Source: a virus. Taken from it: 64,000 nt of DNA. Made by a program: the position numbers and the translations under genes. The first letter of the stretch is position 1. Each line of letters opens with the position of its first letter. Positions 17,378 to 25,167 of the stretch are shown here, in pieces. The stretch lies in the IMG/VR virus record IMGVR_UViG_3300045988_126262. One strand, written 5' to 3'. Under the pieces are notes generated by a model. It searched no databases and had not been told where the DNA came from. It worked only from the letters and a program-made list of their open reading frames with translations.

Positions 17378-20014
17378 ATGGCAAAGCCGAAAACTCCAAA
17401 TCAGAAACGCAAGTACGGCGAGCTGAATAAACGGCTCGCCAAATACGTCATGCTTGTGGAATCCATATACGAGGATTTGAATTTAGAGGCGGCTAAAATA
17501 GTCGGAATCACCGATTTTACCATTGATAGTGATAGGCCGTTTATGTGGTCGGATTATCCCCAAACAAGAAAACGGATAAGAGACTTACAAGAAAGGTTCG
17601 TTGAGGACATCGGAGCTGTAATATATAGTGGCACTTCTGAAGAATGGAAAAACAGCAACGAAGTTCAAGATCTTCTTGCCAACAAAGTATTGCAAACTTA
17701 TGGCGCAACCATAGGAAAGGAGAAATACGAAATCCTATACCAGCCCAATAATGATGCATTGAAAGCGTTTCAGCAACGTAAGGATAAAGGATTTACTATA
17801 TCAGATAAGTTGTGGAATCAATCGACTCTGTATAAGCAAGAACTTGAAGAAGCCATATCATGTGCCATTCAAAAAGGTACGAGTGCAATTACATTAAGTA
17901 AGCAAATATCCAAATATCTGCTCGATTTCCCACAACTACAAAAAGATTACAAGGAAAGGTTCGGAAAAGCATCACGGGCAATGGATTGTGAGTATCGTTC
18001 TATCCGTTTGGCTGCTTCCGAAATCAATATGGCATACCGCCAAGCTGAAAACCTTCGCTGGCAGCAGATGGACTTCGTGGTGGGATATGAAATCAAGTTG
18101 AGCAACAACCATACTTGCAACGGAAAGCCTTTCCAAGACATTTGCGATATACTAGCCGGGAAGTACCCGAAAGACTTCCAATGGACCGGTTGGCATCCCC
18201 TTTGTTATTCAGATGATAGCGAAGTTCTGACGAATAGAGGTTGGAAGTTATTCAAAGACGTTTTAGATGATGATTTGATATTATCGTTAAATCCAAATAC
18301 ACGTAATATAGAATGGGTTGAATTTATCGATAGACAATGTTTCTCATATTATGGAGAAATGATACATTTCTACAATCGCTCTCTTGATTGTCTCGTAACC
18401 CCAGAACACAATATGGTGTATTTGAATAAGAATGACGGAAAAATTAAGAATTGCCAAGCGAAAGAATACACGAAAGGTAAAGGCAGATTTTATAGAGGTT
18501 GCGAGTATGAATCAGGCGATGTCGAATTTTACCAAATTGATGATTTGATAATCCAATTTGATTTGTTCTGCGAATTTATGGGGTATTGGCTTTCTGACGG
18601 TAGTACAATGAGCAATTCGGGCGTCGTAATATCCCAGCAAGAGGGAGAAACGGCAAGAGATAAAATAGTTGATTGTATCAATCGTATGGGATTTGAACCA
18701 CATCTTGAAAAACAAAAGGTCGTATTTTATAACACTACCATACGCAACTATTTGAAGATTTTTGGACGGTGTATAAACAAATTTGTCCCGTATGTTATAA
18801 AGAATGCTTCAAAGAGGCAGATAAGGATTTTTCTTGATGCCTTTGTCCTTTGCGACGGTTATAAGCGTCCTTGCAGATCATTCATAGGGAATCACGGTAA
18901 TGAATTCAAGTCAGATAAAGATGAAATCATATACTTCACCACATCTGAACGCATGGCAGGAGACTTATCCGAACTAATACTGAAATCAGGACATAGGCCT
19001 TCTTTTTCTATAAATAAAGCAGGAGTATCACACAAAGCGAATGGTCCAATTATAAAGTCAAACTATGATTGTTACTCTATACGTGAATGCTATTCTGTCA
19101 CGTCTTCGGTATTTAATAAAGAGATACAGCATTATGATGGTCTTGTCTATGATTTGACACTGGAACGCAACCATATCATGTATATCCGCAGGAACGGAAA
19201 ATGCTTTTGGGGTAGCAATTGTCGCTGTTACAAGATACCCATTCTAAAAACCGAAGAAGAATTTTGGGAATGGGACGGTCGGAGTGAAGCCACGACAGCA
19301 AGCGTGAACGAAGTTAAAGACGTACCGGACGCTTTCAAAAAGTGGGTATTAGATAATCAAGAGCGCATCAGCACAGCAAAAAAACGTAATACTTTACCAT
19401 ACTTTTTGCGTGATAATAAATCCGTTTATCAGAAAATAACAGTTGAAAGTTCCATTTCGGAAATTGTAAAACGAGCATCATCAGTGGGAGATGAAGTACA
19501 GTCCATAGCAGAACGGATCGCAATAAAAAATGGTGGTTATGTTACGCCTATTAATTTCAAGAGTACAACTTCTATCACAAGAAAAGTCATCACAGAAGGT
19601 ATAACTCCATACGATATTAAAGATGCTGTAAGAACAACCATAATCGTTCCGAAGTCCCGAATAGAAGATGTGTTAGAAGAACTGTACAAAACGGAAGGCT
19701 TTTTACGCCTTAAAAGGCAAAAACCAGAATCATTCATGGGATATAGTGGAAACATCGTAAACATAAGAACCACAAATGGTCTTACTGCGGAAATACAGGT
19801 TAATACGGAACGTATGATTTTTGCAAAAGAAAGGCCGGAAGATGCGAAACGTATTCTTGGAAAAAAACGTTGGGAAGAAATACATAATGAGACAGGAATG
19901 GAAGGTGGTCTCGGACATAAATATTATGAGCAATGGCGCATACTCGATAAATCAAGTAATGAAGCACTAAAAATAGTAGAAAAATCTATTGAATATTATA
20001 GTCATTTCCGATAA
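17378..20014 (+). CDS. MuF/SPP1-gp7-type minor head protein, intein-containing, with a C-terminal RelA/SpoT-like domain
   Basis: 878 aa. The MuF hallmark HP(N/L)CRC is split as ...GWHPL|C(intein)N|CRCYKIPIL. The C-terminal ~160 aa carries RSH-like motifs in the expected order (see the separate feature and finding). Confidence 0.8.
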   Translation: MAKPKTPNQKRKYGELNKRLAKYVMLVESIYEDLNLEAAKIVGITDFTIDSDRPFMWSDYPQTRKRIRDLQERFVEDIGAVIYSGTSEEWKNSNEVQDLLANKVLQTYGATIGKEKYEILYQPNNDALKAFQQRKDKGFTISDKLWNQSTLYKQELEEAISCAIQKGTSAITLSKQISKYLLDFPQLQKDYKERFGKASRAMDCEYRSIRLAASEINMAYRQAENLRWQQMDFVVGYEIKLSNNHTCNGKPFQDICDILAGKYPKDFQWTGWHPLCYSDDSEVLTNRGWKLFKDVLDDDLILSLNPNTRNIEWVEFIDRQCFSYYGEMIHFYNRSLDCLVTPEHNMVYLNKNDGKIKNCQAKEYTKGKGRFYRGCEYESGDVEFYQIDDLIIQFDLFCEFMGYWLSDGSTMSNSGVVISQQEGETARDKIVDCINRMGFEPHLEKQKVVFYNTTIRNYLKIFGRCINKFVPYVIKNASKRQIRIFLDAFVLCDGYKRPCRSFIGNHGNEFKSDKDEIIYFTTSERMAGDLSELILKSGHRPSFSINKAGVSHKANGPIIKSNYDCYSIRECYSVTSSVFNKEIQHYDGLVYDLTLERNHIMYIRRNGKCFWGSNCRCYKIPILKTEEEFWEWDGRSEATTASVNEVKDVPDAFKKWVLDNQERISTAKKRNTLPYFLRDNKSVYQKITVESSISEIVKRASSVGDEVQSIAERIAIKNGGYVTPINFKSTTSITRKVITEGITPYDIKDAVRTTIIVPKSRIEDVLEELYKTEGFLRLKRQKPESFMGYSGNIVNIRTTNGLTAEIQVNTERMIFAKERPEDAKRILGKKRWEEIHNETGMEGGLGHKYYEQWRILDKSSNEALKIVEKSIEYYSHFR
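18203..19219 (+). mobile_element. intein (339 aa) with a LAGLIDADG homing endonuclease
   Basis: Block A CYSDDSEVLT, block B LVTPEHNM, two LAGLIDADG motifs (FMGYWLSDGS, IFLDAFVLCDGY), block F/G VYDLTLERNHIMY...FWGSN, followed by a +1 Cys. Excision would restore HPLCRC. Confidence 0.85.
19475..19957 (+). other. RelA/SpoT-homologue (toxSAS-like) nucleotidyltransferase-like domain of the MuF protein (aa ~700-860)
   Basis: FKSTTSITRK (KxxxSxxxK), KDAVRTTIIV, MGYSGNIVNI and AEIQVNTERM (compare EIQIRT) occur in the order of RSH synthetase motifs. Divergent and not verified. Confidence 0.45.
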
Positions 20015-20038
20015 AAATAATTATCTTTACATATAAAT

Positions 20039-20269
20039 ATGAACCCAAATATCCTACAAAAAAAATTACAAGCGGGTGAAGAAGTCTATATTTTAGACGA
20101 TTTTGAAGAATCTGCAATACGTCTTGTTCTTGAAAATGGAAAGACAAATGCTTTCATTAAGCACAAAGGAAGACGCAATGAAAAGGAAATATCACAGTCA
20201 AATGAAACCGTTTGCGAGATAATATTAGGAGGTATAGAAATACCCAAATCAGAATATGACATGTACTAA
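20039..20269 (+). CDS. hypothetical protein (76 aa)
   Basis: Track ORF between the MuF gene and the HD hydrolase gene, overlapping the latter by 14 nt. Confidence 0.5.
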   Translation: MNPNILQKKLQAGEEVYILDDFEESAIRLVLENGKTNAFIKHKGRRNEKEISQSNETVCEIILGGIEIPKSEYDMY

Positions 20270-20693
20270 AAATTCACTATTAGAAAAAGCCCTTCAAATC
20301 GCCGTCAAAGCCCATAGCGGACAAACCGATAAAGCTGGAGCAGCCTACATCTTCCACCCTATCCGTGTGGCAAACCGATGCAAAACAGATGAGGAGCGCA
20401 TAGTAGCTTTATTGCATGACACGATAGAAGATACCGAAGTTACTGCTGAATATTTACTAATGGAAGGCTTTCCTCATAATATTGTGGATGCTATACTTTC
20501 TGTCACTCGTAACGATGATGAGATCTATGACGATTTCATAAAACGGTGTAGATTGAATCCTATTGGAAGACAAGTAAAGCTGCACGACTTGGAGGACAAT
20601 TTGGACGTAACCCGTTTACCTCAAATAATAGAGGAAGACTTACCGAGATTGAACAAGTATCTTAAAGCGTATAAGTTTTTGCTGTCATTGTAG
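20256..20693 (+). CDS. HD-domain small alarmone hydrolase (SAH/Mesh1-like (p)ppGpp hydrolase family)
   Basis: 145 aa. ALQIAVKAHSGQTDKAGAAYIFHPIRVA ... ALLHDTIEDT is the RelA/SpoT hydrolase (HD_4) signature. Confidence 0.8.
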   Translation: MTCTKNSLLEKALQIAVKAHSGQTDKAGAAYIFHPIRVANRCKTDEERIVALLHDTIEDTEVTAEYLLMEGFPHNIVDAILSVTRNDDEIYDDFIKRCRLNPIGRQVKLHDLEDNLDVTRLPQIIEEDLPRLNKYLKAYKFLLSL

Positions 20694-20703
20694 AGAAACG
20701 GTC

Positions 20704-21033
20704 ATGAAGCAAATCAAGCTATCAAAACAGGAGAAGCAAGTGTTGCGTTTAATCAGCAGCGGGATTGTCTGCCCAAACACTTATCCGCACCATATATTCA
20801 TTTCGTGCGTAGACTCGCTGGAAAGATTAGGTCTTGTCAAAGGTCTATGGAACGAGGGGCATGAACTTGAAGATGTCCGCATAACGAAATATGGAAAAAT
20901 TTATCTTGCCACCAATCCTAACTTACGCAATCCCATAGACTGGAAATGGATTATAACTACCATCATCGCAGTAGCAAGTGCCATATTCGGCGCTATGGCC
21001 TTGTTTGTGGCTTGCTCGATAAAATACGGATAA
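20704..21033 (+). CDS. hypothetical protein with a C-terminal transmembrane helix
   Basis: 109 aa. C-terminal WKWIITTIIAVASAIFGAMALFVAC. Confidence 0.55.
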   Translation: MKQIKLSKQEKQVLRLISSGIVCPNTYPHHIFISCVDSLERLGLVKGLWNEGHELEDVRITKYGKIYLATNPNLRNPIDWKWIITTIIAVASAIFGAMALFVACSIKYG

Positions 21034-21113
21034 TTCCTTTGATTTAAAGAATTGATGTTTGTACAACTCTAATTTGGCATTTGTTTACACACGTCTATTT
21101 TGAGGCATATAAA

Positions 21114-21148
21114 AAGCGGTGAGATTAATTTTTCATCGCTTTCTTTTT
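21114..21148 (+). terminator. intrinsic terminator
   Basis: Stem AAGCGGTGA/TCATCGCTT (one G.U pair) followed by TCTTTTT. Confidence 0.6.
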
Positions 21149-21287
21149 ACGTTTTCTGTTACAACTTTTGTGGTGCACTTCATTATTTGTGAAGATATGG
21201 GGATTTTACTTTAAACTGAATTTCGCCTTACGATTCACTGCCTTAGGAAATCGTATAATAGCCCTCAAAGGTTAATAATATTGAATT

Positions 21288-21332
21288 ATGTATGAAATTC
21301 ATACATTTTCAAGATTCCATGCTCTAATTTTG
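21288..21332 (+). promoter_or_regulatory. family-B-like palindrome with a more distant -7 box, copy 2
   Basis: atgtatgaaattcatacat at 21288-21306, with TAATTTTG at 21325-21332. Confidence 0.45.
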
Positions 21333-21389
21333 TGCCCAATAATTAGCATTACCTCGTAAAATTCAATACTTTTGTAATGCTACAAGTTG

Positions 21390-21503
21390 ATGAACTTAAT
21401 CATCTCGCAGGGCAAGCGGTTAATTTGCTCAATAGAAAGTTGGGCTTTTTTTATGCCTATACTTTTATATATTGGCGGCCTCCTATACGTAAGTAAAGAT
21501 TAG
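21390..21503 (+). CDS. possible 37-aa hydrophobic peptide
   Basis: Hand-translated MNLIISQGKRLICSIESWAFFMPILLYIGGLLYVSKD. Its ATG is preceded by the same 14-mer TAATGCTACAAGTT that precedes the ATG at 21591. Confidence 0.25.
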   Translation: MNLIISQGKRLICSIESWAFFMPILLYIGGLLYVSKD

Positions 21504-21590
21504 CCTTTCGAGGTGAAGTCCATTAACTTGTAGCAGCGTATATGGCGGCCGCTTTTTGCTGCCTATCATACAACTTAATGCTACAAGTTT

Positions 21591-22415
21591 ATGGCAGCCC
21601 AAATTCAAGTCCTAAAACAAACAGAATTGCTTGGACACCAATTCACAGTTTACGGAACAGCAGAAAATCCCATGTTCCTTGCAAGAGAGATTGCAGAATG
21701 CATCGATTACGACAAAACAAGCCTTAACAAATTGGTTGCATCTGTAGATGATGATGAAAAGGGTCGGAACATTATTCCGACCCCCGGTGGAAACCAACAA
21801 GTTTGGTTCCTAACCGAAGGTGGTTTATACGAAGTCCTTATGCAAAGCCGCAAGCCAATAGCCAAACAATTCAAGAAAGGGGTCAAACAAATCCTTCACG
21901 AAGTACGTACCACAGGCGGCTACATCTCCACCAAGCAAGAAGACACACCAGAAGAAATCATGGCACGTGCGCTAACCATTGCACAAGCCACTCTTGCCAA
22001 AAGAGAAGAACGATTAAAACAGCTCGAAGCTGAAAATGCCCAGAAACAAATTATCATCGAGAGAAAAGACGAGGAAATATCCATAAAGGACGATACTATA
22101 AAGGTCCTCGCCCCCAAAGGTAAATGTTACGATGAAATCATGTCGAGTGAAGGACTTGTGACGACAAACATGATAGCGGCATTCTTAGGTGTATCGGCTA
22201 TAAAACTGAACAAACTACTCTGTGAATGGGGAGTTCAATACAGACAATCTTCTGTTTACTTCCTCACGGCCAAATACCGCAGTAAAGGATTTACCAAACA
22301 TGTCCCCTACCCTTATATGGATAACGGAGTACAGAAATCAAGAGAACATATGTATTGGACCGAATCAGGCAGAAAGTTTGTCATTGAATTGTTCAATACC
22401 AAACTCTCGGCATAA
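21591..22415 (+). CDS. Bro-N / KilAC-domain antirepressor paralogue
   Basis: 274 aa. Bro-N block (LGHQFTVYG..NPMFLAREIAECI...EGGLYEVLMQSRKPIAKQFKKGVKQILHEVRTTGGY) and a C-terminal KilAC-like region. Confidence 0.8.
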   Translation: MAAQIQVLKQTELLGHQFTVYGTAENPMFLAREIAECIDYDKTSLNKLVASVDDDEKGRNIIPTPGGNQQVWFLTEGGLYEVLMQSRKPIAKQFKKGVKQILHEVRTTGGYISTKQEDTPEEIMARALTIAQATLAKREERLKQLEAENAQKQIIIERKDEEISIKDDTIKVLAPKGKCYDEIMSSEGLVTTNMIAAFLGVSAIKLNKLLCEWGVQYRQSSVYFLTAKYRSKGFTKHVPYPYMDNGVQKSREHMYWTESGRKFVIELFNTKLSA

Positions 22416-22622
22416 TATCAGCTATAACCATAAAGTTATTATAAATCCAAAGGGGCGGTTTATCCGCTCCGGGGTTACCCTACCCTAATAGGGTGCTTTT
22501 ATATGTTTGTTAAATTATAGACGGGGCAGCCGCTTGTGAAAGTAAGCTATCCCACCGGTAGCGGACGTGTCCGGGAGGATTCCCGCTATTCCGAACATCG
22601 TTAAACAATAAACTTTTTTTAT

Positions 22623-22922
22623 ATGGAAACAACCGAATTAAAACAAGATGAGCAGACAGTAGAAGTAATCGAACATCGTAGCGTCGATACCATGCGTAAC
22701 GCAGTCATCAGTGGACAGACAAGGGAGTTATTAATCATGTTGGCAGGATTGCGGGATATAGAGAACTCTTTTTGCAACTGGAAGAACAAGTACGGAATTG
22801 TATCAGATAATGATACAGATCACTTTATACAACTAACAACCCAATGCGGAACCTTGATACAGGAAAGTATCATTAAGTCTATAAATGACAATTTAGGCCG
22901 ATTGGATTTTAAGGCGATATGA
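22623..22922 (+). CDS. hypothetical protein (99 aa)
   Basis: Track ORF with ATG start. Confidence 0.5.
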   Translation: METTELKQDEQTVEVIEHRSVDTMRNAVISGQTRELLIMLAGLRDIENSFCNWKNKYGIVSDNDTDHFIQLTTQCGTLIQESIIKSINDNLGRLDFKAI

Positions 22923-23086
22923 AACGTAATATTTTAAGCATTAACATAGAGATACCGATGTTTATAATATATCGGATCCCAATTTCCTGAACATCTCCCC
23001 TCCGAGCTTTCATGCCGGGTGGAGTAAGACGAACGACAAGCCGAGAGAGAAATTTTTCTAAAATAGAATAAAAACAGACACGATTG

Positions 23087-23118
23087 TTTGCTAATTTGGA
23101 AACAAATTATTATCTTTG
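23087..23118 (+). promoter_or_regulatory. Bacteroidota-type promoter for the toxin-antitoxin pair
   Basis: TTTG at 23087-23090, a 20-nt spacer, and TATCTTTG (TAnnTTTG) at 23111-23118, 21 nt before the ATG at 23139. Confidence 0.55.
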
Positions 23119-23138
23119 TAAATATAACAAGAAACGAT

Positions 23139-23480
23139 ATGGCCGGGCATACGATAACCATAATACTAAGCGATGAGGCGAACAGTTTTGTAAGGCAGCA
23201 GCCATTCAAGGCACAGCAGAAGATAGCGTATAATATTCGTAGAGTGCAGAGTGGTCTAATAGAAAAGGACGTTTTCAAGAAATTGGAAAACTCTGATATA
23301 TGGGAGTTACGGACGCTTTTCAACGGAATTTGTTACCGTCTGTTTGCTTTCTGGGACACCAAGAAAGGGGCTTTGGTAGTGGTTACTCACGGGATAGTGA
23401 AAAAGACGCAGAAAACCCCTAAAAAGGAGATAGAAAAGGCAGAGAGAATAAGGAAAGAATATTTTAATGATAAAAAGTAA
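23139..23480 (+). CDS. Gp49/DUF891 (RelE/HigB-superfamily) toxin-like protein
   Basis: 113 aa from the internal ATG. IWELRTLFNGICYRLFAFWDTKKGALVVVTHGIVKKTQKTPKKEIEKAERIRKEYF is typical of Gp49-like killer proteins. Confidence 0.7.
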   Translation: MAGHTITIILSDEANSFVRQQPFKAQQKIAYNIRRVQSGLIEKDVFKKLENSDIWELRTLFNGICYRLFAFWDTKKGALVVVTHGIVKKTQKTPKKEIEKAERIRKEYFNDKK

Positions 23481-23485
23481 CAGAT

Positions 23486-23818
23486 ATGGCAAAGATGAAT
23501 TTCACACCAGCAGACAAATTGATAGATGATGTATGGGGAAAGGTGGGCACTCCCGAAAGGGACGCTATGGAAGCTCAACTCAAAGATGATTTGCAGGCTT
23601 ATTACATTGGAGAGGCTATCAAGGCAGAAAGGCTCAAACAGAACCTCACACAGGAGGAATTAGGCAAAAAAGTAGGCGTGAAACGCTCTCAAATTTGTAA
23701 GTTGGAGAGCGGTAAGTGTATAATAACACTTCCTACTATGAGCAAAGTTTTTAAGGCTTTGGGAATTACAACGGCCACCCTTGATTTGGGAATAGGCGGA
23801 AAGGTTGCTTTGTGGTAA
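23486..23818 (+). CDS. XRE-family HTH antitoxin-like protein (HigA-like)
   Basis: 110 aa. HTH segment LTQEELGKKVGVKRSQICKLESGK. Starts 5 nt after the toxin-like gene. Confidence 0.7.
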   Translation: MAKMNFTPADKLIDDVWGKVGTPERDAMEAQLKDDLQAYYIGEAIKAERLKQNLTQEELGKKVGVKRSQICKLESGKCIITLPTMSKVFKALGITTATLDLGIGGKVALW

Positions 23819-23842
23819 GAATATAAAGCAGGATCCATAACG

Positions 23843-23870
23843 AGGAGGACGCAAAACGCCCTCCTTTTTT
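23843..23870. terminator. bidirectional intrinsic terminator between convergent operons
   Basis: AGGAGG...CCTCCT stem followed by TTTTTT on the + strand. Confidence 0.6.
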
Positions 23871-23980
23871 GTCGCCTTATACTTTAAATTTAGGTCGTGA
23901 TTAGGTAATAAATAAACTTAAACGAGTTACAAATGAAATCATTGCTTCATTCATAATCTTTAATTCAAATCCAGACAATA

Positions 23981-24742
23981 CTATCCTACAATCGAGAGAT
24001 ACCGGCTTAAAGATTCTATTTCAGCCCGTATAACGACCTTTTGGAACTCTGCCGGATTGTTCTCCGTATGAGAGGCTTCCAGTGCCTTGTAATAGCTTAT
24101 TTTGTCCTCGTTGCTGCCTTTGAGATTTACCAGTGTATAACCGTTGCGGAGTAAGTATAGATTCATCAGAAGCCGAGATGTACGCCCGTTCCCGTCTATG
24201 AACGGGTGTATTCGTACCAACTCATCATGAAGATAAGCCGCAATGAGCACCGGGTGAATGCCCTGCTCCTCCATTCCGGAAAACCTTGTCATAAAAGCCT
24301 CCATTTGTGGTTGTATCAAATACGGCTGTGGAGGGACATGTGTACTTCCCGAAATCATAACAGGCACGCCCCGATAACGTCCGGCATTCTCTCTGTCTAT
24401 GCCATGTAGCACAATAGCGTGTATTTCCTTGATTGTGCGCTCCGATATTTCCATACCTCCCTTTGCAAAGTCCTTTATGTAGTCTATCGCTTCAACGTGG
24501 TTAATCGCTTCAAGGTGTTCCCGCATTGACTTTCCGGCGATAGTAACCCCCTCGTTGACTACTAACTCCGTTTCTTGCAGTGTGAGCGTATTTCCCTCGA
24601 TCCGGTTGCTTTCATAGGTGTATTCAATGGCAAACGCATTCTCTATCTTTTGCAGGGCATCCGGTGGTAATGGGCGCAGCCCCAACAAACGAGCTTTCAA
24701 CGTGTCGCATTGAAGTAATAGCTTTGTTATTTCCTCGTTCAT
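23981..24742 (-). CDS. Fic-family protein (class II, N-terminal inhibitory helix)
   Basis: 253 aa. Active-site motif HPFIDGNGRTSR. Upstream SNRIEG fits the (S/T)xxxE(G/N) inhibitory motif. Confidence 0.85.
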   Translation of the reverse strand: MNEEITKLLLQCDTLKARLLGLRPLPPDALQKIENAFAIEYTYESNRIEGNTLTLQETELVVNEGVTIAGKSMREHLEAINHVEAIDYIKDFAKGGMEISERTIKEIHAIVLHGIDRENAGRYRGVPVMISGSTHVPPQPYLIQPQMEAFMTRFSGMEEQGIHPVLIAAYLHDELVRIHPFIDGNGRTSRLLMNLYLLRNGYTLVNLKGSNEDKISYYKALEASHTENNPAEFQKVVIRAEIESLSRYLSIVG

Positions 24743-24745
24743 GGC

Positions 24746-25009
24746 TTAATCTTTTGACTCAATTACCTTTAACTTCGCTCCACATTTAGGACACGTCAAT
24801 ACAGTAGTATCGATATTGGGGCGTACTTCTTCTGGTGATACAAACAATTCCCATATATTAACTCCTAAATTAGAAGCAATTGAAGTAAGAACTTTAATTG
24901 AAGGATTCCCTGATATATGTTGGTTCAATGCACTTTGGCTAATTCCCATTCTTTCGGCTAACTCTTTTGTAGTTATACCTTTTTGCTCAATAATATCTCT
25001 TATTCTCAT
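24746..25009 (-). CDS. XRE-family HTH repressor (CI-like candidate)
   Basis: 87 aa. HTH segment ITTKELAERMGISQSALNQHISG. Transcribed divergently from the early operon across three operators. Confidence 0.75.
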   Translation of the reverse strand: MRIRDIIEQKGITTKELAERMGISQSALNQHISGNPSIKVLTSIASNLGVNIWELFVSPEEVRPNIDTTVLTCPKCGAKLKVIESKD

Positions 25010-25058
25010 ATCCTAAAAGTTATTTCTGTTACAAAAGTCGTTTTTTTATTAGTATATG

Positions 25059-25139
25059 CAAGCTATATCTTGTATAAATAAAGTTAAATACAAGATAAAT
25101 CTTGCTCAAACCATTGTAAATACAAGATATAACTTGTAT
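25059..25139. promoter_or_regulatory. three operator palindromes CAAG-N6-CTTG spaced 32 bp centre to centre
   Basis: CAAGCTATATCTTG at 25059-25072, CAAGATAAATCTTG at 25091-25104, and ATACAAGATATAACTTGTAT at 25120-25139. The last overlaps TATCTTTA at 25136-25143. Confidence 0.7.
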
Positions 25140-25167
25140 CTTTATATCATAAAACTAAAACAAAGAT

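Noticed and set aside
21542-21800. Track ORFs 21542..21727 (+) and 21612..21800 (-), which overlap the start of the Bro/KilAC gene.
   Set aside because: They are out of frame or antisense to a gene with clear Bro-N homology, and their composition is implausible (Cys/Ser/Arg rich).
1196-22588. The shared 12-mer GTCCGGGAGGAT lies in the loop of a hairpin about 45 nt upstream of two start codons. The first hairpin is 1196-1223, before recT. The second is 22559-22588, before ORF 22623.
   Set aside because: On the order of a hundred exact 12-mer pairs are expected by chance in 64 kb. There are only two copies, and the stems are not homologous. The similar context is suggestive but not sufficient.
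22934-23578. The - strand ORFs 22934..23323, 23307..23492 and 23387..23578.
   Set aside because: They are antisense to the Gp49-like toxin/antitoxin operon and its promoter, and their translations are hydrophobic and low-complexity.
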